Below, in pieces: positions 12,801-33,182 of a stretch of DNA of 64,000 nucleotides (position 1 is the stretch's first letter; each line of letters starts with the position of its first letter). A program made the position numbers and the translations under genes. The notes under the pieces are model-generated. The model ran no database searches. It saw only the letters and a list, made by a program, of their open reading frames with translations, and was not told the origin of the DNA. Origin of the DNA: Eledone cirrhosa (Eukaryota); NCBI GenBank assembly GCA_964016885.1, contig OZ024743.1:300390001-300454000 (forward strand), written 5' to 3'.

Positions 12801-15090
12801 CCATTGAAAAGAACCATGGAGCGTGTATTTAAGAGCACTAGGTTTAGAGCCCCTAATTATACTGTCAAGGAGCAGTATGGTCGTTGTGACTCTGCTGATT
12901 TAGAGCCACAGGGAGGACCAATGGATGATGCATCAACTGTCTCTGAGACAAATATAAAGAATACAGTTTTCTCCTGTATAAAAGTCATTAAAATTGGCAC
13001 TCTGAATATCGGAACTGTTCGGACGCTGGAGAAGAGAGGGGAGTTGGGTCATCTGTTCGAGGATGATGGTATGCAGATACTTGCGTCCAGGAACACAGGA
13101 TCCTACATGATGAGCCCGTGAAGAGAGTAATAATAGGGAAGAGGAGCCAGCTCATCACCACATCAGCAGTGAGGAACATAACGAATGCTGCAGTAGGAGG
13201 AGTGGGCTTTGTGTTCAGTGCAAAAACCAATCTATTGGTTAGGGAAAACATACATGTCTCCCCACATGTGTTGAGGGTGAATTTCAATGGAAACCCAAGA
13301 CTGACAGTCATCTCAGCCTTTAGTCCAACCGAGGGAGACAGTGATATGAGTACAGTGGAGTTCCATGAAGAAGTGTGTAGAGCTGTCAACATCACACCAG
13401 TTCATAACATCCTGTTTGTTCTGGGTGACTTCAAAGCACATATGAGTAAGGAGAGCAGTGAAGATCCTTGATGGTACTTCCATAACAATACCAACTGAAA
13501 CGGAAGACTATTGAGTGCAACCAACCTAAGGTTTAGTAAGAATCCGGGGAAGATGTGGACCTACATCTCTGATATACACCAGCCATGTCCCAGATTGATT
13601 TCATTCTGGTGAGGAAAAAGAGACGGAATAGTGTTCTGAACAAAGAACCATAATATTATATCAGTAAACTGGGCAGAGGCCAACGGTTTGTTATGACTGA
13701 GACCCAAGTGAGATTAAGAAAGAGGAAGGCTCAGCTCCGGAGAGCAATCTCTGACTGGGATATTTCAAGGAAGATGATAAGCTACAGGAGAGGTACACAG
13801 TAGAAGTGAGGAACAGGTTCAGTGCTCTGAGGCAGAGGACGGTGAGATTGGAGGGACTGAGGAGAGTGTAACGGGTGGTACGGGTACTTCACCAATGTAG
13901 TGGCAGAAGCAAGAGTGACCCTGGTGCCGAGGAGAGAGAAGAAGAGGAAGCACGTCTGCTCTGCAGACACAAATGTGTGTGAAGCCAGAGAACACTGAAA
14001 GCTGCCAAGAACCTATTCTATGCTGATCATACGGAGGAGAGGAAAGAGAATATGATGAGGGAAGAACTCTGTACCACTTACACCAAGGCCAGAGAGGAGA
14101 TGCTGATAGAGAAGATAAGAAGTGTGGAGAGAGCAGTTGACAGGTCTGGATGTAAAGAGAGTTGGACGATCATCAACGACATCACAGTAAGGAAGAGAGC
14201 GGTTCCATGGGATGACGGAGATCTTTGAGATACTAGCTGGAGTGCCCCAGGGAGAAAAAAATGGCTCCATACCTTTTTATCATCGCAGTGAACGTATGCG
14301 TCTTGCGCTGGAGAAGCACCTGGACTCTGGCTTTATTGTAGCACTGGATCAGAGCAGGTGAGTTAATGCGAAAACGATATCAGATGCTGAATTTGCTGAC
14401 GACATAGTTCTGGTGACAAACACAGTGAAGGAAGTAGATGAGTTGATGCAGGCGGTGGAGACTGTGTCGATGAGTGTGGGGATGAGAATACATGAGATTA
14501 AGATGAAGTATCTGGTAGAGAATATTAAGAAGCCAGAGAGGATTATGAATGTAAGCGGGAAGACGCCAGAATTGGTTCAGAACTTCCTGTATCTTGGAGC
14601 AAAGTTTGGGAGCACAGAGGATGATGTGGTTGAGAGGAAGAGCAAAGCCTGGGCGGCGTGCCACAGTTTGAAATCGATGTTGAAGTCGGACCTTCGTAAA
14701 GACCTTAAGATCCGTATCTTCGTTGCTACAGTGGTGTCTGTGCTACTGTAGGGGTCTGAGACTTGGACACTGACCAAGAAACACACTCATATGGTGGATA
14801 GGTGCTATATGAGAAGGCTGAGGATGGCTCTGAATATTAATCATCATACACTGAGGATGAAAAACTCAGAGCTGTACGGGAGCCACCCAACCATCAGCTC
14901 GAAAGTAACACAGAGGATATGCTCACCGACATTCAGAGTTGACACTGCACTCAGTGCTTCTCTGGTAGCCTCTACACGGACACAGTAGAAGAGGGAGGCA
15001 TAGGTTGACATATGTTGATGCCCTAAGGACACACACAGGTGATTTGGAGACGCAGGACAGAAACTGCTGGAGAGAATTTTACCTGCGCTA
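12801..15090 (+). mobile_element. Decayed RTE-X-like LINE with internal deletion
   Basis: APE fragments (IGTLNIGT, VISAFSPT, LGDFKAH), AEFADDIV at ~14386-14410 and RT C-terminal fragments. Collinear with the 55008-58060 copy but lacks ~0.7 kb of the RT N-terminal half at ~14205. Confidence 0.9.
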
Positions 15091-17624
15091 TATATATATA
15101 TATGTTTTGGTTTACAGGTCTGTTAAGTAGATCGATACTGGAGTCATGTATATTACACGGATAGAGAGTTAATCACTTCTGAAATATAGGTAACGTTCCA
15201 TGTGTAATTGAAACATTTAAAAGTGAAACTTCGGTATCTCATGCAGGTGCATGACACACAACACATGAACATATATGTTACATATAGCGATGAGCTTTTG
15301 GGACGTAAGAACAGTATTGTACGATGAAAATTCTTCCGAAACTTAACGACGTACTTCTCTATTGCGTCAAATTATCACTTTTATAAGTATCATATTGCTA
15401 ATGTATGTGTTTGCTTAGGGAAAGTGAACTATATTAAATGGTATGGGGCTATACATTGTTTTTCAATTTGGTTGACCGGCAAGTGAAAACCTGATATCAG
15501 TGTTGAACTACTGATCAGAAATGATGTGATAGTAACCCGGATGAGACACCATCTAAACTGGGTGATTATATAAAGTCGGTTCTCCTTATCTCGAAGACCT
15601 CTTATGACATTCTTCTTTGTTTGTGCACCTACCGCCTCTTAACTTAGCATCACAATCCCTCATTTTTCTATGTGAATCTCAGACATACTTTGCTTTACAC
15701 TCCGTCTACTGACAACATTATTCCCTTAGGTGACATTACTCTCAGTTTTGTGAAGCTTAGAATGTATTGGTCGTATTATAATGAAAAATATTGCTCTAGA
15801 TTTATTACAGATGTGCTCTGAAATGGGTCTTGGATACCGAAACACAACATCACATTTCGAATACCGAAATACAACACCACACGGATGCTTCTGGGATCAG
15901 GACTTTTACATCTTACTGACTTCAAGAAAATACACAAATTAGGCATTCACGATCTGTAGTATTAAAGTGTTGCGAGGAACTACATGCTGGATGAATCAAT
16001 AACTCGTGCGAGCAAGGTTAACTAACGCTGGCTGTTAGAGAATACTTCCGATTAAAAGAAACGAAACGTCTAAGAAGTTTGAAGTTTGCCAAATTCCGCC
16101 TCCTGGCAATCACTACTTTAATTTAACAAGCCTTTGCAAATCCCTCATCAAATGCTACACGGGGTGATTTCAAGCTAAATGCTTATAACCTTTTCCTGAT
16201 ATTCTGTGTTTCAAGAGACTTAAGTAGAAAGCTTGGTTTGGTGACTACAATCTAAATACTTCTGCATGTCAAACAGAGACAAACTAAGTTATTCGGAACA
16301 GAACGCATTCTAATAGAAGGATGTTGAAACACAATAAGGTAGTAAATGAGGTAATCGAATATGTCTACAATTTAATCGAATATGTCTGCAATTTAATAAA
16401 ATAAAACCTCAAATGAACATACAGATCACATAAAAAGTTATTTATTTTCCCCCTTGAATTCAACTATTGATCCACTCTGCTGCAATGATTGTTTCAAGTC
16501 TTTCTGTAATACCGAAAGGTTTCTAAAGAGAGGGACAGACAATTATACGAATCGTTTATACGGTCCATTTAGAAGTCTTAATGTAAATGAAGTAAGAACT
16601 GCGATTACACACAATACTTGAGGAAACATACTAGAATATTAGTGGTGTAAATGTTGAGTCTATAAAGAATGGTGGTATATATTCTCTGGTGTGATGGTCT
16701 TACTGTTCGTCAACTTCATGTGTGGAGCACCGATTTCAGAAGATTTGTGAGAAAAAATGCTCTTGTCAAGCTTTAGATAACTGTTGGTGTATCTACTTGT
16801 TGGAAGCTGTTTGGAAGATATTCGCCCAAATCATACTGAATTCATTGCAGTTATTCATGTAGCCCAAATATTCAATGTCGGTGTAGATTTGGTGTTATAA
16901 AATGATACATAAACTTTGGTGTCAGACAGCTGGAGAAGTGCATAGTGCAATATTTCCACTTTCATTAGTTTCATACTGTCGTAATATTTAAGGTTAGTAT
17001 GATGATCAAAGTTCACAAAGTTATGGAAAAGGATCTGAAATTTAACAGTATGATGCCGGAAAGGATCTCAAAGGACATATAGGAATGAACATTGATTTAA
17101 TGGCAAGACAAGACTGGGTGGTGTGGTATTTTTAGTTTATCGTCTAGCACAAAACATCCTCTCAAAGTGAAATTAAAAACAGCTATAGATGGTGGTCTTG
17201 TCGTCGAGGTGGAAAAATATATTATGGAAATAATGGAACTATTCTCTGGTGCTTCCACTGCTTTTGGTCATAAATTAAGCTTGAAAAAAACTGTCAGCAT
17301 TTTATCACTTGACCAATGTTGACGGACATCTTGTATATTTATTATTGTGTCATTTTTTGACAATTGCTCGAAATGAATACTGATAATAAAAGCAATTCGA
17401 CTTTATCAAACAGTGAACTACAGTGGCGACGGCGTGCAGCAAGACATGAAGAAAAACGGGCCGAACAGAGCCATTGGAACGCCGAACTTCAGAGGCGAAG
17501 ACGTGCCGCCATGAATGAAGAGGAGCTGGCTGAACAACGCTAACGAAACACTGGAGTCAAGCACCCATGGCCTGCTGCGATGGTTGAAGACGAACTGGCT
17601 GAGCATCAACTTTTATATTAATTA

Positions 17625-17971
17625 TCTATATCTATATCTATCTATAATATAAAAGATTGGAACTTCCACCATCTTTCTGAGGAACGTGGAACAACCACGT
17701 CTATGGAATGATAAACGTTTTACAGTCATGCAGAAGATGAACCATCTCCTAGAGGTGGTAGCACCTAGAATTGTTCATATACTATGCACACACGGTACAA
17801 CAAAGAATCTGGTATATCTGGAAGATTTTTTTTTACTGATTTTTGTATCACAGAGACACCACGGACTCGCCTCATACTGTAACCAGACAAACATCCAATA
17901 CAGTCATTTTCTCTTTTACCTGTCTTCTCTTATCATCTGTTTATCCGGGCGAAGCTGGGTACATCAGCTAC
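17625..17971 (+). mobile_element. Short non-autonomous Helitron (decayed)
   Basis: 5' TCTATA repeats followed by tctataatataaaa; 3' hairpin ccgggcgaagctggg then tacatcagCTAC (CTAG variant) followed by T. The 3' end resembles 61701-61728. Confidence 0.6.
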
Positions 17972-17995
17972 TATATATATTTGTTATATACATAC

Positions 17996-18061
<66 letters not shown>

Positions 18062-18531
18062 GTGTTCTAGTATTGGATGCCGGTTGTATTATTCAATGAT
18101 ACGGATCTTTCTTGGCATTATAAATTGCGAAGTTTAACGAAAATTATCTGCTGATGCTACTACACACACTAACATTTACGTCCTCAAACATAAGGAGGCA
18201 CAACCACACACTCTATTTATAGCATTTGTTTATGTAAGGTTTTCCTTTACCTATGTATGACTATTTGTATCTTCGCATTATATCGTTTAAGAACGAACAT
18301 AATTCATGGGAATGAAAAGTACCAATTTCACGCTGAGAGTTTTGTCCATTTTCCTCAGATGTTCATTTGAGATTACAGCGCCGTTTTTTTCCGTTTTCAT
18401 TGATTTGCAGCTACATATAGTTTTTATACCTGAATGTCATTATTTTTGTTCACACACACACACAAACACACACAAACACACAAACACACACACGCACACC
18501 AACACACACACCTAAATATATATATATATAT

Positions 18532-18613
<82 letters not shown>

Positions 18614-19141
18614 ATGTGTGCATATAAATATATATATGTATATATATACTATAGAGTAAAGCATGTCCAGAGAACTATTTGATAATATATATACAATATA
18701 TATATCTGTGTGCGAGCGTGTGTGTGCTTTGTGAGTGAATGTAGATTTATATATATATATAAATATGTAGTACACACGTTTATATGTGTATGCTTGAGTG
18801 GGTGTGTGCATGTATTAGTGCGTGTGTGTTTGTGTTGTTTAATAATTCCCTGTCACTTGTCCGGTGTTGTTTCTTGTGTTTTTTGTATTTATTCGCAGTG
18901 TCATAATTAATTAGTTTTGTCTCTTGAAATTGAAAGTGAAAATCGAAAATGTTTTATTTTACGTAGTGATAACAAGTAGAGAAATAAAGATATAACATTT
19001 ATCTGTTTGAGATTTAGTATTTTAACATTGTGATGTATCTTAATTTCCCATAGGAGACTCCCTTCGACATATTAATTGGAAAATAATACTGATACACATA
19101 GAGACACACATCCATGCATATGTATATATATATATATACAG

Positions 19142-19231
<90 letters not shown>

Positions 19232-19903
19232 GCACATGGGTGTGTGTGTACGTATGTATATATTAATCTGCAATACAACTAAGTTAGTGTTCGCTATGTT
19301 ATCGCAATTGAACTGTTTATATGTTTATGTCTAATACATATGTCTCGCCTCATGTGTTTTCTGTTGCGATCCTATCAAAGTTTCCTCAGTCGGCGTTTAA
19401 GAAATACGATCTCTTGTGTTTCACTTATATTAACCATTTTCAATGACGTTTAATCACTCTTTACTGAGGCAAGAATAAGATCTACGTTACATAGATTTTG
19501 GTCTGGAATATATACAGTAGATGATTATTTTCAAATAAAGTGAAATTCAACTTAACAGCCCTATATTTAAATCCAGTAAGGCACACGTTGCGTGTTTTAT
19601 ACTAATATAATCTTGTCTCAAATCCGAGTGATTTAATGTTATTGAAAATGCATACTTACTATGAATCTCTAGTGTTAGGTGGTGTTTTAGCGTTACTGAG
19701 TTTGATGTGACTTACGTATGCCTAGTATGATTAAACATATTCTATATTCTTTCATGTACGGATATGTGTTTATATACGCATGCATATGTATGTATAACAC
19801 CCACTCACAATCACATGCACCCACATACATACATAGGGAAACATTTTTCTTTGATAGCGATTTTCTTTCATATATGTTACAAGCATTTATTTCTTATATA
19901 TTT

Positions 19904-19974
<71 letters not shown>

Positions 19975-20080
19975 GATAACAATATATCGTTATAGGTAAT
20001 CCAATTAGAAGTTGTGAATACTTCTATGAATACGAGTTTATGATTTCACTTGTATTCCTATGTAAGATTATCTTAGACTA

Positions 20081-21490
20081 ATACAATTGAAATAATGGAG
20101 AATAACATGGTCAAGAGTACAACAAAGGAGATTTATTTAGAGTTTAACAATTGTTTAACTGATAGAGTTGTTTGAAAATTGCTAACACTGAAAGTAGCAC
20201 CACTCAATTTAAAATACAAGTTTGCTATCTCATATCTTCAGAGACTTTCAAAAAGTATAAATATATGCGTAACCGGAAAAGTTACAAATTCATATTACAA
20301 CATAAATAAAAATATTAATAATAAAGATATAGAGAGAAGAAGAAGAAGAAGAAGAAGAAGAAGAAGAAGAAGAAGAAGAAGAAGAAGAAGAAGAAGAAGA
20401 AGAAGAAGAAGAAGAAGAAGAAGAAGAAGAAGAAGAAGAGATAGCGTAGGATAGAGAGAAGAATGAGGAAGGACAAACAGACGAGTATGGGAGACAAACA
20501 GAAGTAGAAATAGGATAGAGAGAAGAAGGTAGAGTGGCAAATAGATGAATAAACGTTAATACATTAATAAATGCAGGTAAAAATAAAGATAGATATATAG
20601 AAATATATGAGCAAATAAATTTAAAAAAATTATATAAAAGTTGATAGATATATAAATGAATAAATAAATAGATAAATAAATAAATGACATCTAATGTAAT
20701 ATAAAATGGTATAATATATGAAAAGTGAATATGAAATTAAATAAATAAATGTGTAAAAAAGTACGAAGAATATTTAAACATGTTAAGATTATTGAGAATA
20801 GTTTTTGATAATTGTTAAATATATGGATAGATATTAATTTGAAAATATGATAATGTTAAATATATTTATGTGTGTATTGGTTATTTTAATAAGTAAATTA
20901 ACTAGTTTTAAGATATATTATATGATAAGATAAAATGACAAAGATGAAATAAGTTTAGGGAGAGAAATGCAAAGTTAGAGAGTGAAAGATATAGATATAA
21001 ATAATAAGAATGTAAATATAAGAGGTTTTGATGCTGTTCTTTGGTAATTATAATGGTGAAGATGCTGCTGATAATGTGATATCGTAGTAGATCCATATCT
21101 ATCATATTCTGTACATCTTATGTTTAGCTGTAATAATGTTCTTCTTCTTTATCTATCTCTGTTTCTTTTTCCTTCTTCGTCTTTCTTCTTCCCTTCCTTT
21201 CACTCTTCACTATATCTATCTCCCTTCCTTTTTTCCTCTCTATATCTTTATTATTAATATTATTATTGATGTTGTAATTTGATTTTGTAAATTTCCCGGT
21301 TACGCATATATTTATATTTTCTTCAGCCTCTGAAGATATGATGGGCCAACATTTATTTTAAATTGAGTGGCACTACTCTCAGTGTTTAGCAATTTTTAGA
21401 CAACTCTATCAGTGAAACAATTGTTAGACTGTAAATAAATCTCCTTTTTTGTACTGTTGACCATGTTATTCTCCATTTTTTTCAATTTTA
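20081..21490. repeat. Diverged foldback element with ~250-400 bp inverted arms, including a (GAA)n tract
   Basis: 20081-20335 (aatggagaataacatggtcaagagtacaacaaaggagatttattt...tatgcgtaaccgg) is the reverse complement of ~21235-21490. (GAA)n at 20336-20439 faces a degenerate (TTC)-rich tract at 21138-21235. Confidence 0.75.
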
Positions 21491-21569
21491 TATATATATA
21501 TACATACATACATGATGATGGCTGCCCCCTCGTTATCGAGTATGGCCATTGCACGAGACAAAATATATA

Positions 21570-22177
21570 TATGGTGGCTGCCAACTCGTTTTCGAGTACG
21601 GCCACTACTTTATGTCCATGTAGAACCCCTACCGATGCGCTGAACAAGTGTGACATTTTAGTCCAGTCAGCGACTTGAAAACTCTGGTACAAACACTACA
21701 TTTGTGACAATTATTGACATATAGTGCTGGGCCCATGGTACGATCTGATGACAAGTGCAGAGAGATCTCCAGATACAAAGCAATGCCTGTTCCGTGAAGC
21801 ATTTATAGTGAACAAAGCCACTGCACAAAGCCAGTCCCACTCTCTTAACCAAGATGATATTTACCAAAAAGAAGAACAAGCCAACATCATCGGATACCAT
21901 CAGGGTTGCAGGTGTTATATCAGAATTTTCCTTCTCCTAGAATGCTGCCTTGACAAAGGCTAAGGGGTTATCTCTCCCTGTGATTTTGGATGGCCATTGA
22001 CTCTTAAGAGCTCCTTTGACATTTAAAGCGTTTTGTTTTTAGTCCTGCAGGATGTCCAAAGTCACCCTCCTGACCAAGAAACCTTCGTTGGGTTGCCAGT
22101 TTAGTCGCCAACGACCCGACCATGGGACAGGTTGTACTGGGATACATGTTACCAGTATCACCAACTGGTGACCTGAC
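21570..22177 (-). mobile_element. ~610-bp non-autonomous RTE-derived element, copy 2
   Basis: Reverse complement of 12029-12640 with the same two termini. An extra short RTE-type 3' tail (ggccatactcgataacgagggggcagccatcatc on the minus strand) lies adjacent at 21511-21557. Confidence 0.7.
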
Positions 22178-22193
22178 ATAAATATATATACAC

Positions 22194-22276
<83 letters not shown>

Positions 22277-22325
22277 CACACGCACACCCATAAACATATC
22301 TATACACACACACGCACGATAGCAA

Positions 22326-25285
22326 CTAACAGCGCTGCAATCGAATGTGCCTTTTTAGCCCAGCCAATGATCTAAACTGTCTTGCACAGAGTTGGCAACC
22401 AAAACATTCACTGGGAATAGCCGGCTGTGGTTGGAGTTCATGTACTTTTGCATGTCGGTTAAGCCCTCCTGCTGATTTACATTCTCTACCACATGCTTGG
22501 CAAGCATGATGAGTAGCACCTCCAACAGCAGCCTGGTAGTCAACGACAGGTCTTACTTTATGACTGCGAAGATGACTTTCGAGTCCAGCTTTGCTTAGGC
22601 AGAGTCTCGCACAGACGCTGCATGTCAGCACCATAGGAGGACCCTCGCCGTCTTTACTTTCTCGTATGCGATTCGAGATGCCTCAAAGGCAACTTTTCCC
22701 TCATATACAGTCTTTCTCCATTTATTACGATCAGCAGCAATATTTACCCATGTATCAGCAAAAGTTGTTAGCGTCTTTCAAAGAGGCTTTCAAGGAATCC
22801 CTATACCTCTCTTTTGGTTTATATGGCGGTCGTTTTCCTTTAACTAACTCTCCATAAAAGAGTTGTTTTAGTATTCTTGAATCCTTCATCCTGGCAAAGT
22901 GACCACTCCAACGGAGTCGTTTGTTAAGCGCAAGAGCTTCTATACTGTCACACATAGAGCTTTCCAAAATCTCGAAATCACTGCTGTGGTCCCTCCAGTG
23001 AACGCCATGGATCCGTCTGAGGCACATCTGATGGAAACGCTCCAATTCCTTAAGGTGGTGTCGATATGTGACCCAGGTATCGCAGGCATAAAGAAGACAA
23101 GATAGCACACATGCCTTGTACACCTTTACCTTTGTCCTCCTGCATATGTCTCACCGACCCCATATTCGCCTTTCTAGCTTTCCGAAAGAATCACTTGCTT
23201 TCCAAATGCTAAGTGAGATTTCACTATCAAGGTTGCTGTATCGATTGACAGTTCTTCCCAGGTAGACAAACTGATCAACCACTCCAAGTCGTTTACCATA
23301 CACATATATATTTGGTTCAGTGTACTGCTTAACAGGGGCAGGTAGTACATGACGACGGTTTTCTTGAGACTGACAGTTCAAGCGTAAGAACATGCATTGT
23401 GTGCTGCATATCACTCTCTGTGTGCGCTACAGGATCGCAATCATCTGCATACAAGAATTCTCTTATGTAAATACTTTTGTCTATGCAGCAAAGCGACTGA
23501 TGTTAAATATGCTGCCTGAGGTTCGATATCGGATGTAAACACCATGCTCGCAATTCCTGAATGCAATACAGAAAACCATTGCAAAGTATATGGCAAACAG
23601 GGATATCCCCCTGTTTCACTCCTTTTTTTTACTGAGATAGGCTCCGACATGTTACCTCCGACATTAACCCAATCCATCATGTCGTCATGGAAAGACCTAA
23701 CTAAAGCAAGGAACTTAGCAGGGCAAGCAAGTTTCTGGAGAACCTTCCATAATGCATCTCTGTTAACAGTATCGAAAGCTTTTGTCAGATCGACAAAAAC
23801 CTGATACAGATCCAAACCTTGTTCCATGCACTTCTCCTGGAGCTGTCTACCTGAGAAGATCATATCAGTAGTGCCGCGTCCAGCACCAACACCAGATTGA
23901 CTTTCAGGAAGAACACAATCTGCAATGTATGTCAGCAGACGGTCCAGCAGCACCCTACATAAAACTTTCCCTACGTCAGAAAGCAATGACATACCTCTGT
24001 AGTTCCCACAATCATTCATGTTACCTTTTCCCTTGTACAAGACCACCATTACTGCATCTCTCCTCCAGTCCTCAGGTACGGATTCTTTAGCCCATATCCT
24101 GCCAAACAAAGAGTGAAGATGTTGCAGGAGTCTTTCACCACAATATTGTAGGAGCTCAGCATGTATGCCATCCATACCTGGAGACCTTCCACTGTTCAGC
24201 TTCGAGATAGCATTTGCAACCTCCACAAGCGTCGGAGGTTCTGCGAGAGCTACTTTCACAGGACTTTCTGGAATGAGATTGAGGAAATCTTCACTAACGA
24301 CAGACGGCTGATTCAAAACATCATGAAAGTGCTCACGCCACCTTCGTAGAATTCCTTGTGAGTCACGAAGAGGTTCTCTGCCATCCTTGCTGCGAAGCGG
24401 TGTCACCAGAAAAGAAGACGGTCCATAAACCTCACGCTAGAGACTGAACAACAGCTTTGTGTTATTGGAATCTGACGGAGTTTGTATCTCACCATCCTTC
24501 TCACTCCACCACTGATCCTTCATCTGAGAAAGACTCCGCCTAACACGTGAGTTTACATCCCTGAGTTCCTCATGCAACGTATTCTTCTACTGTGGTTTTG
24601 CCGTCAAGTAGCGTGACAGAGCACGCCTCTTATCAGCCAACAAGTCTTCTATATGTACATCATTCTCCTTAAACCAGTCCTGATGTTTTCTCTGCACCAA
24701 TCCCATAAACCGACTTTTTAAGGGTCGGCCATAAACCGACTTGTTAAGGGTCGGCCAATCCTCACCAAGATCTGCAGCCTGTATCACTTCTTCCAATGTC
24801 CTCTTCACATTTTTATCCTTAAAACGAGCAGCATTCAATCTTTTGGGCAGGGCAACACCAGGAGCCCGGATTTTACGTTTAGTGATTAGTTTCACGGTTT
24901 GGGCGGTGGTCCGTCCAGCACTCAGATCCACGAAGAGCACGAACACACTGCACATCGTGTCTGTCACGCATCCTGACTAAGACGTAGTCCAAAAGATGCC
25001 ATTCCTTAGATGCAGGATGCATCCATGTGGTCTTGAATTTGTTCTTTTGTTGGAACATGGTGTTGCTAACACATAGATCCAGCTCCTCACACATCTGCAG
25101 CAGGAGCATACCATTGTTGTTACACTTTGCCACCCCATGCCTTCCGATTACATTCCATGTGTTAAAATCCCTTCCCCACTCTAGCATTAAAGTCACCAAG
25201 CACGATGACTTTGTCTGCCTGAGGGATATTTCTTAAAACACCTTTCAAAGCATGGTAAAAGGACACTTTTTCTTCACCAGGGTCA
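22326..25285 (-). mobile_element. RTE/BovB-like LINE, 5'-truncated and frameshifted: APE + RT + three C2H2 zinc fingers
   Basis: APE fragments (TWMHPASKEWHLLDYVLVR, ECWTDH); RT (SPGMDGIHAE, NYRGMSLLS, FVDLTKAFDTV, LYADDC at ~23438-23455, RLRWSGH); C-terminal CSVC..H..H, CQAC..H..H and CQLC..H. Confidence 0.92.
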
Positions 25286-25286
25286 C

Positions 25287-31367
<6,081 letters not shown>

Positions 31368-31784
31368 AGATACGCAGCCAATTAATTATAACCAGACTAT
31401 AAGTTCACACTATATGCAAATAAGATATTCCCTATTTGTTGTATTAAAATGAGCGTAGCAAGCAAATGGTCATTACGCATAATATATATATACGCTTTAG
31501 TATATTTCCATCTCAGTACCGTTTGAATGAATGTCAGTGTCGAGTGATTAACGAATCTTGAAAGAGGCGTCTCGTATACTCGACAGCTATCAAGCAAAAG
31601 ACTGAAAGATATTTTTCCTACCGCAAACATGTTTCTTCTAATACAGCGAAGCTCTTATATATTTGTTGTATATACATGTATAGTACATTATTTCACATAT
31701 ATAGATGCTGCGTTGATTTTGAGACTCTCTCATTATATCGAACTAGCTTCCCCATTATATATATATATATATATATATGTATAA

Positions 31785-31867
<83 letters not shown>

Positions 31868-31868
<1 letters not shown>

Positions 31869-32012
31869 TTGAATAAAAGGAAAACGACTGACTTCACTTG
31901 AGTTCTAAATAATTTGATTTAATTTTATAATATTATAATATATAATATTACAAAATTAAATCAAATTATTTAGAACTACAAGTGAAGTCATTGTTTTCCT
32001 TTTTTTTCAAAT
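31868..32012. repeat. AT-rich ~145-bp palindrome (MITE-like foldback)
   Basis: aaaaggaaaac..tgacttcacttg.agttctaaataatttgatttaatttt pairs with aaaattaaatcaaattatttagaact.caagtgaagtca..gttttcctttt. Confidence 0.75.
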
Positions 32013-32892
32013 ATACCTAACTGTAGCATGGATCTCACATATTTTCCAATATATATATATAATGATAATAATAATAACAATAAAAAGGACGATTTGTTAT
32101 GTCTTCCTTACGTTTATTCAGTGGTGATGCGCATTACGCTATTGTTCAGCTCAATATTCGATCTATATCATTCTAGCCCATCTCTGTTATCAAAAGCTAT
32201 CGGATCTATGTTGTAGTAAAGACAGAATATATATACATATATATACACACACAGTGTTCTGGCAACCTCGTCTTCCCTCGTATTTTTAGCGTTGCACCTA
32301 AATGCTATATTTATGTTCTGTATTATCCTTATGCTGAAACACAAACCAGAGTTGATGACCGAATAGAAAATGTGCATGCCTGGTTCGTCGAAATTGTTCA
32401 TTCATCTCGTTCCATGTATTGATTTGTTTAACGATATAAACGTAGTGCTTAATCTTGCTGTGTAGCATTATTTTGGTCACGCCTCCCATAATCTCTATTA
32501 TCTACACATCAATTTTATCTAATTCTCTCACTTTATTTTGCACTCTATGATTTTTCACACCCAGTCTATTCCTACTTGCTTCCTTTAGAGGTAACGCATA
32601 TCACATCTTCTCGTCTTGGATTTCATAAAGTAAATTTTTACGCCTTAAGCATTCTCCTCTCCGTTTCATCTGAACTATGCCTGGTTTAACGACCAACCAT
32701 CCTTTCATTTATTAAACAGACAACTCTCTACTTTTCTCTTTGTTTTCGTATTTCATTTTCAAAATATTTGTCTTTTCTTGCGTGTTTTTATCGTATTCTA
32801 TATAATCAAATGCTTAAACATACTTTGGTACGTGTATATTTTGTTTAGACATTCCTATGTATCGTACTGTTGTATCATTATATATATATATG

Positions 32893-33078
32893 CAGGGCAT
32901 TGGCAGTATCAGTAGAAGCTCGGACACCATGCTTTGCAGCATAGAGTTACTCCCCTATATGGTGTGATTTCAAATCTCGCCGAGTTTCACTTGGCATTTC
33001 ATCCTTACGGGGTCGATATAATAATTACCCCAGTAATGTACTGGGGTAATTGCTGGCCTTTTGCCAATAGTAGAAACA
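32893..33078 (+). mobile_element. tRNA-derived SINE
   Basis: A-box-like TGGCAGTATCAG, B-box-like GATTTCAAATC and body gcatttcatccttacggggtcgata; same family as 41575, 42370, 47437 and 60314. Confidence 0.75.
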
Positions 33079-33138
33079 ATTATATATATATACAAACTAA
33101 CACAAAAGAACACACACCCATATGCACATATACACATG

Positions 33139-33182
<44 letters not shown>

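Noticed and set aside
15560-17370. Coding-like composition suggesting an old DNA transposon
   Set aside because: No ORF, terminal repeats or convincing catalytic motif could be read.
17676-19395. CUGAGGA words at ~17677(+), ~18355(-) and ~19385(-), and CUGAUGA at ~10700(-), as hammerheads
   Set aside because: Each lacks a properly placed GAAA or pairable stems I/II.
20235-21345. CUGAAGA in both arms of the 20081-21490 foldback as a hammerhead
   Set aside because: No GAAA or stem II is recoverable in either arm; at most a very old remnant.
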